Assembly (NCBI GenBank): GCA_964387625.1
Contig: CAYLWN010000004.1
Location: 1 to 42,225, forward strand
Length of the DNA stretch: 42,225 nucleotides
Reading direction: 5' to 3'
Origin: an uncultured Gammaproteobacteria bacterium
GTDB lineage: Bacteria; Patescibacteriota; Microgenomatia; UBA10105
In this document: piece after piece, positions 41,026 through 42,225 of the stretch
Layout of the letters: the number at the start of each line of letters is the position of its first letter
How positions within the stretch are numbered: the stretch's first letter is position 1
The notes under the pieces: model-generated
Databases searched by the model: none
The model's input: only the letters and a program-made list of their open reading frames with translations
What the model was told of the DNA's origin: nothing
Position numbers and translations under genes: made by a program

Positions 41026-42216
41026 ATGCCAGCACAAATAAGAAGTGAATTTGCATTAGCTTTAAATCAAGTAGCCACGGAACGAGGGATTGATCCCAAC
41101 GTAGTTTTGGAGTCAATTAAAGCAGCAATCGGAGCTGCTTACCGCAAAGATTATGGAAACAACGATGAATTGGAAGAACTTACAGTTGAACTCAATCCTG
41201 ACAACGGTGAAGCTAAAATATTCAAAGGCAAAAAAGACATTACTCCACCGGGATTTGGAAGAATTGCCGCTCAAACAGCCAAACAAGTTATCTTACAAAG
41301 AATCCGTGAAGCTGAAAAGCAGGCAATTTTAACTGATTATTCAGCCAAAGTAGGGATGATCGTTTCAGGCATGGTGTTACGGTTTGACGGTCCAAATATC
41401 ATTGTCGATATTGGCCGCGGTCAGGGAGTTATGCCTCCCCAAGAACAAATTTCTCAAGAACATTATAGATTAAATCAGCGGTACACCTTTTATATAGAAG
41501 GAATTAGGGAAACTTACAGAGGCAGTGAAATTATTGTCTCCCGTGCTCATAAAGGTTTGGTTTCAGGATTGTTTAATAGAGAAGTTCCGGAAGTAGCATC
41601 TCAAGCTGTAGAAATTCGTGAAATTGCCAGAGAAGCCGGTAATAGAAGCAAGGTAGCGGTTTTTTCTACACAACCGGGAGTTGATCCTGTTGGTAGCTGT
41701 GTCGGTCAAAAAGGCGTTCGAGTACAAGCTGTCATTAGTGAATTGGGTGGTAGCGAAAAAATAGATATTATTCAATGGAATGAAGATCCAAAACAATATA
41801 TTATCGCGTCTTTATCTCCGGCCAAAGATTTACAAGTTATTTTAAATGATAAACTCAAAAGTGCTCAAGTTATGGTGCCGGAGGATCAATTATCATTGGC
41901 AATTGGTAGAGATGGTCAAAATGTGCGTTTGGCTTCAAAATTAACCGGTTGGAAAATTGATTTAAAAGGAAAAACAGTTGCAGTTAAAGCAGATGAAAAG
42001 ATAGAAGACAATAAATTAGACAATAAGATAGAGAAGACAGAAGATAATAAGACGGAAGCTGTAAAATTAGACGACAAGACGGAGAAGATGAAAGACAATA
42101 AGACGGAAAATAATTCAGAAGACAAAAAAGTTGAAAACGTAAATAAGGTAGAAAAAGTGGAAGAGAAAGCAGAAGTAAAAACACAAAATTCAAAACCCGA
42201 TTTAAATAAAACGTAA
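41026..42216 (+). CDS. nusA: Transcription termination/antitermination factor NusA with a Lys/Glu/Asp-rich repetitive tail
   Basis: N-terminal domain ALNQVATERGIDPNVVLESIKAAI, S1 (GMIVSGMV...), KH1/KH2 (GSCVGQKGVRVQ, LAIGRDGQNVRLASKLTGWKIDL). The tail has DNK(L/T)-type repeats. Confidence 0.93.
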   Translation: MPAQIRSEFALALNQVATERGIDPNVVLESIKAAIGAAYRKDYGNNDELEELTVELNPDNGEAKIFKGKKDITPPGFGRIAAQTAKQVILQRIREAEKQAILTDYSAKVGMIVSGMVLRFDGPNIIVDIGRGQGVMPPQEQISQEHYRLNQRYTFYIEGIRETYRGSEIIVSRAHKGLVSGLFNREVPEVASQAVEIREIAREAGNRSKVAVFSTQPGVDPVGSCVGQKGVRVQAVISELGGSEKIDIIQWNEDPKQYIIASLSPAKDLQVILNDKLKSAQVMVPEDQLSLAIGRDGQNVRLASKLTGWKIDLKGKTVAVKADEKIEDNKLDNKIEKTEDNKTEAVKLDDKTEKMKDNKTENNSEDKKVENVNKVEKVEEKAEVKTQNSKPDLNKT

Positions 42217-42225
42217 GTTATGAAA

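Noticed and set aside
1-42225. Alternative genetic code (UGA recoding, as in some CPR lineages).
   Set aside because: Long conserved genes (dnaK, metG, murJ, nusA) are uninterrupted under the standard code. TGA also terminates an ORF cleanly (14433-14435).

Overview
This is an AT-rich, gene-dense window with the gene content of a small-genome Candidate Phyla Radiation (Patescibacteria) bacterium, possibly Microgenomates-like. That taxonomic call is inference from gene content only. It uses the standard code: TGA is a stop. I saw no rRNA, tRNA or CRISPR.

Housekeeping genes:
- folC, an M23 peptidase and a PEGA/SH3b surface protein.
- An envelope-glycan cluster: a UbiA/DPPR-synthase-like gene, a WecA/MraY-family GT4, a GT39-like GT-C and a membrane GT2.
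- tatD, metG, rmuC, a UvrD-type helicase fused to an Fe-S PD-(D/E)XK nuclease, and two tandem FemAB-family genes.
- A PcrA/UvrD helicase, tpiA, an LCP-family gene, rpsT and murJ.
- A clan GH-A glycosidase.
- A CIRCE-controlled hrcA-grpE-dnaK-[four-helix-bundle ORF]-dnaJ operon.
- An RDD-family protein and nusA.

Two things stand out.

1. The window is saturated with at least five families of short hairpin, MITE-like elements.
   - One family is defined by a 401-bp cassette in which inverted repeats enclose a small GIY-YIG nuclease gene. ORF-less derivatives lie nearby, one of them in-frame inside the helicase-nuclease gene.
   - Another element is 84 bp (28 codons). Two 100% identical inverted copies sit in-frame in two unrelated genes, the helicase-nuclease and a Fem transferase. 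A diverged third copy shows compensatory stem changes.
   - A four-helix-bundle (23S-IVS-type) ORF flanked by inverted repeats is inserted between dnaK and dnaJ.

2. There is a minus-strand surface cluster: rpsT, then pilN-like, pilO-like, a small TM protein, then three large secreted proteins. Two of the three end in a shared (V/T)PTTGT-W-PTL + TM sorting-signal-like C-terminus. Two carry novel-looking cysteine-rich modules.

All calls come from reading the sequence and ORF translations by eye. No searches were run.
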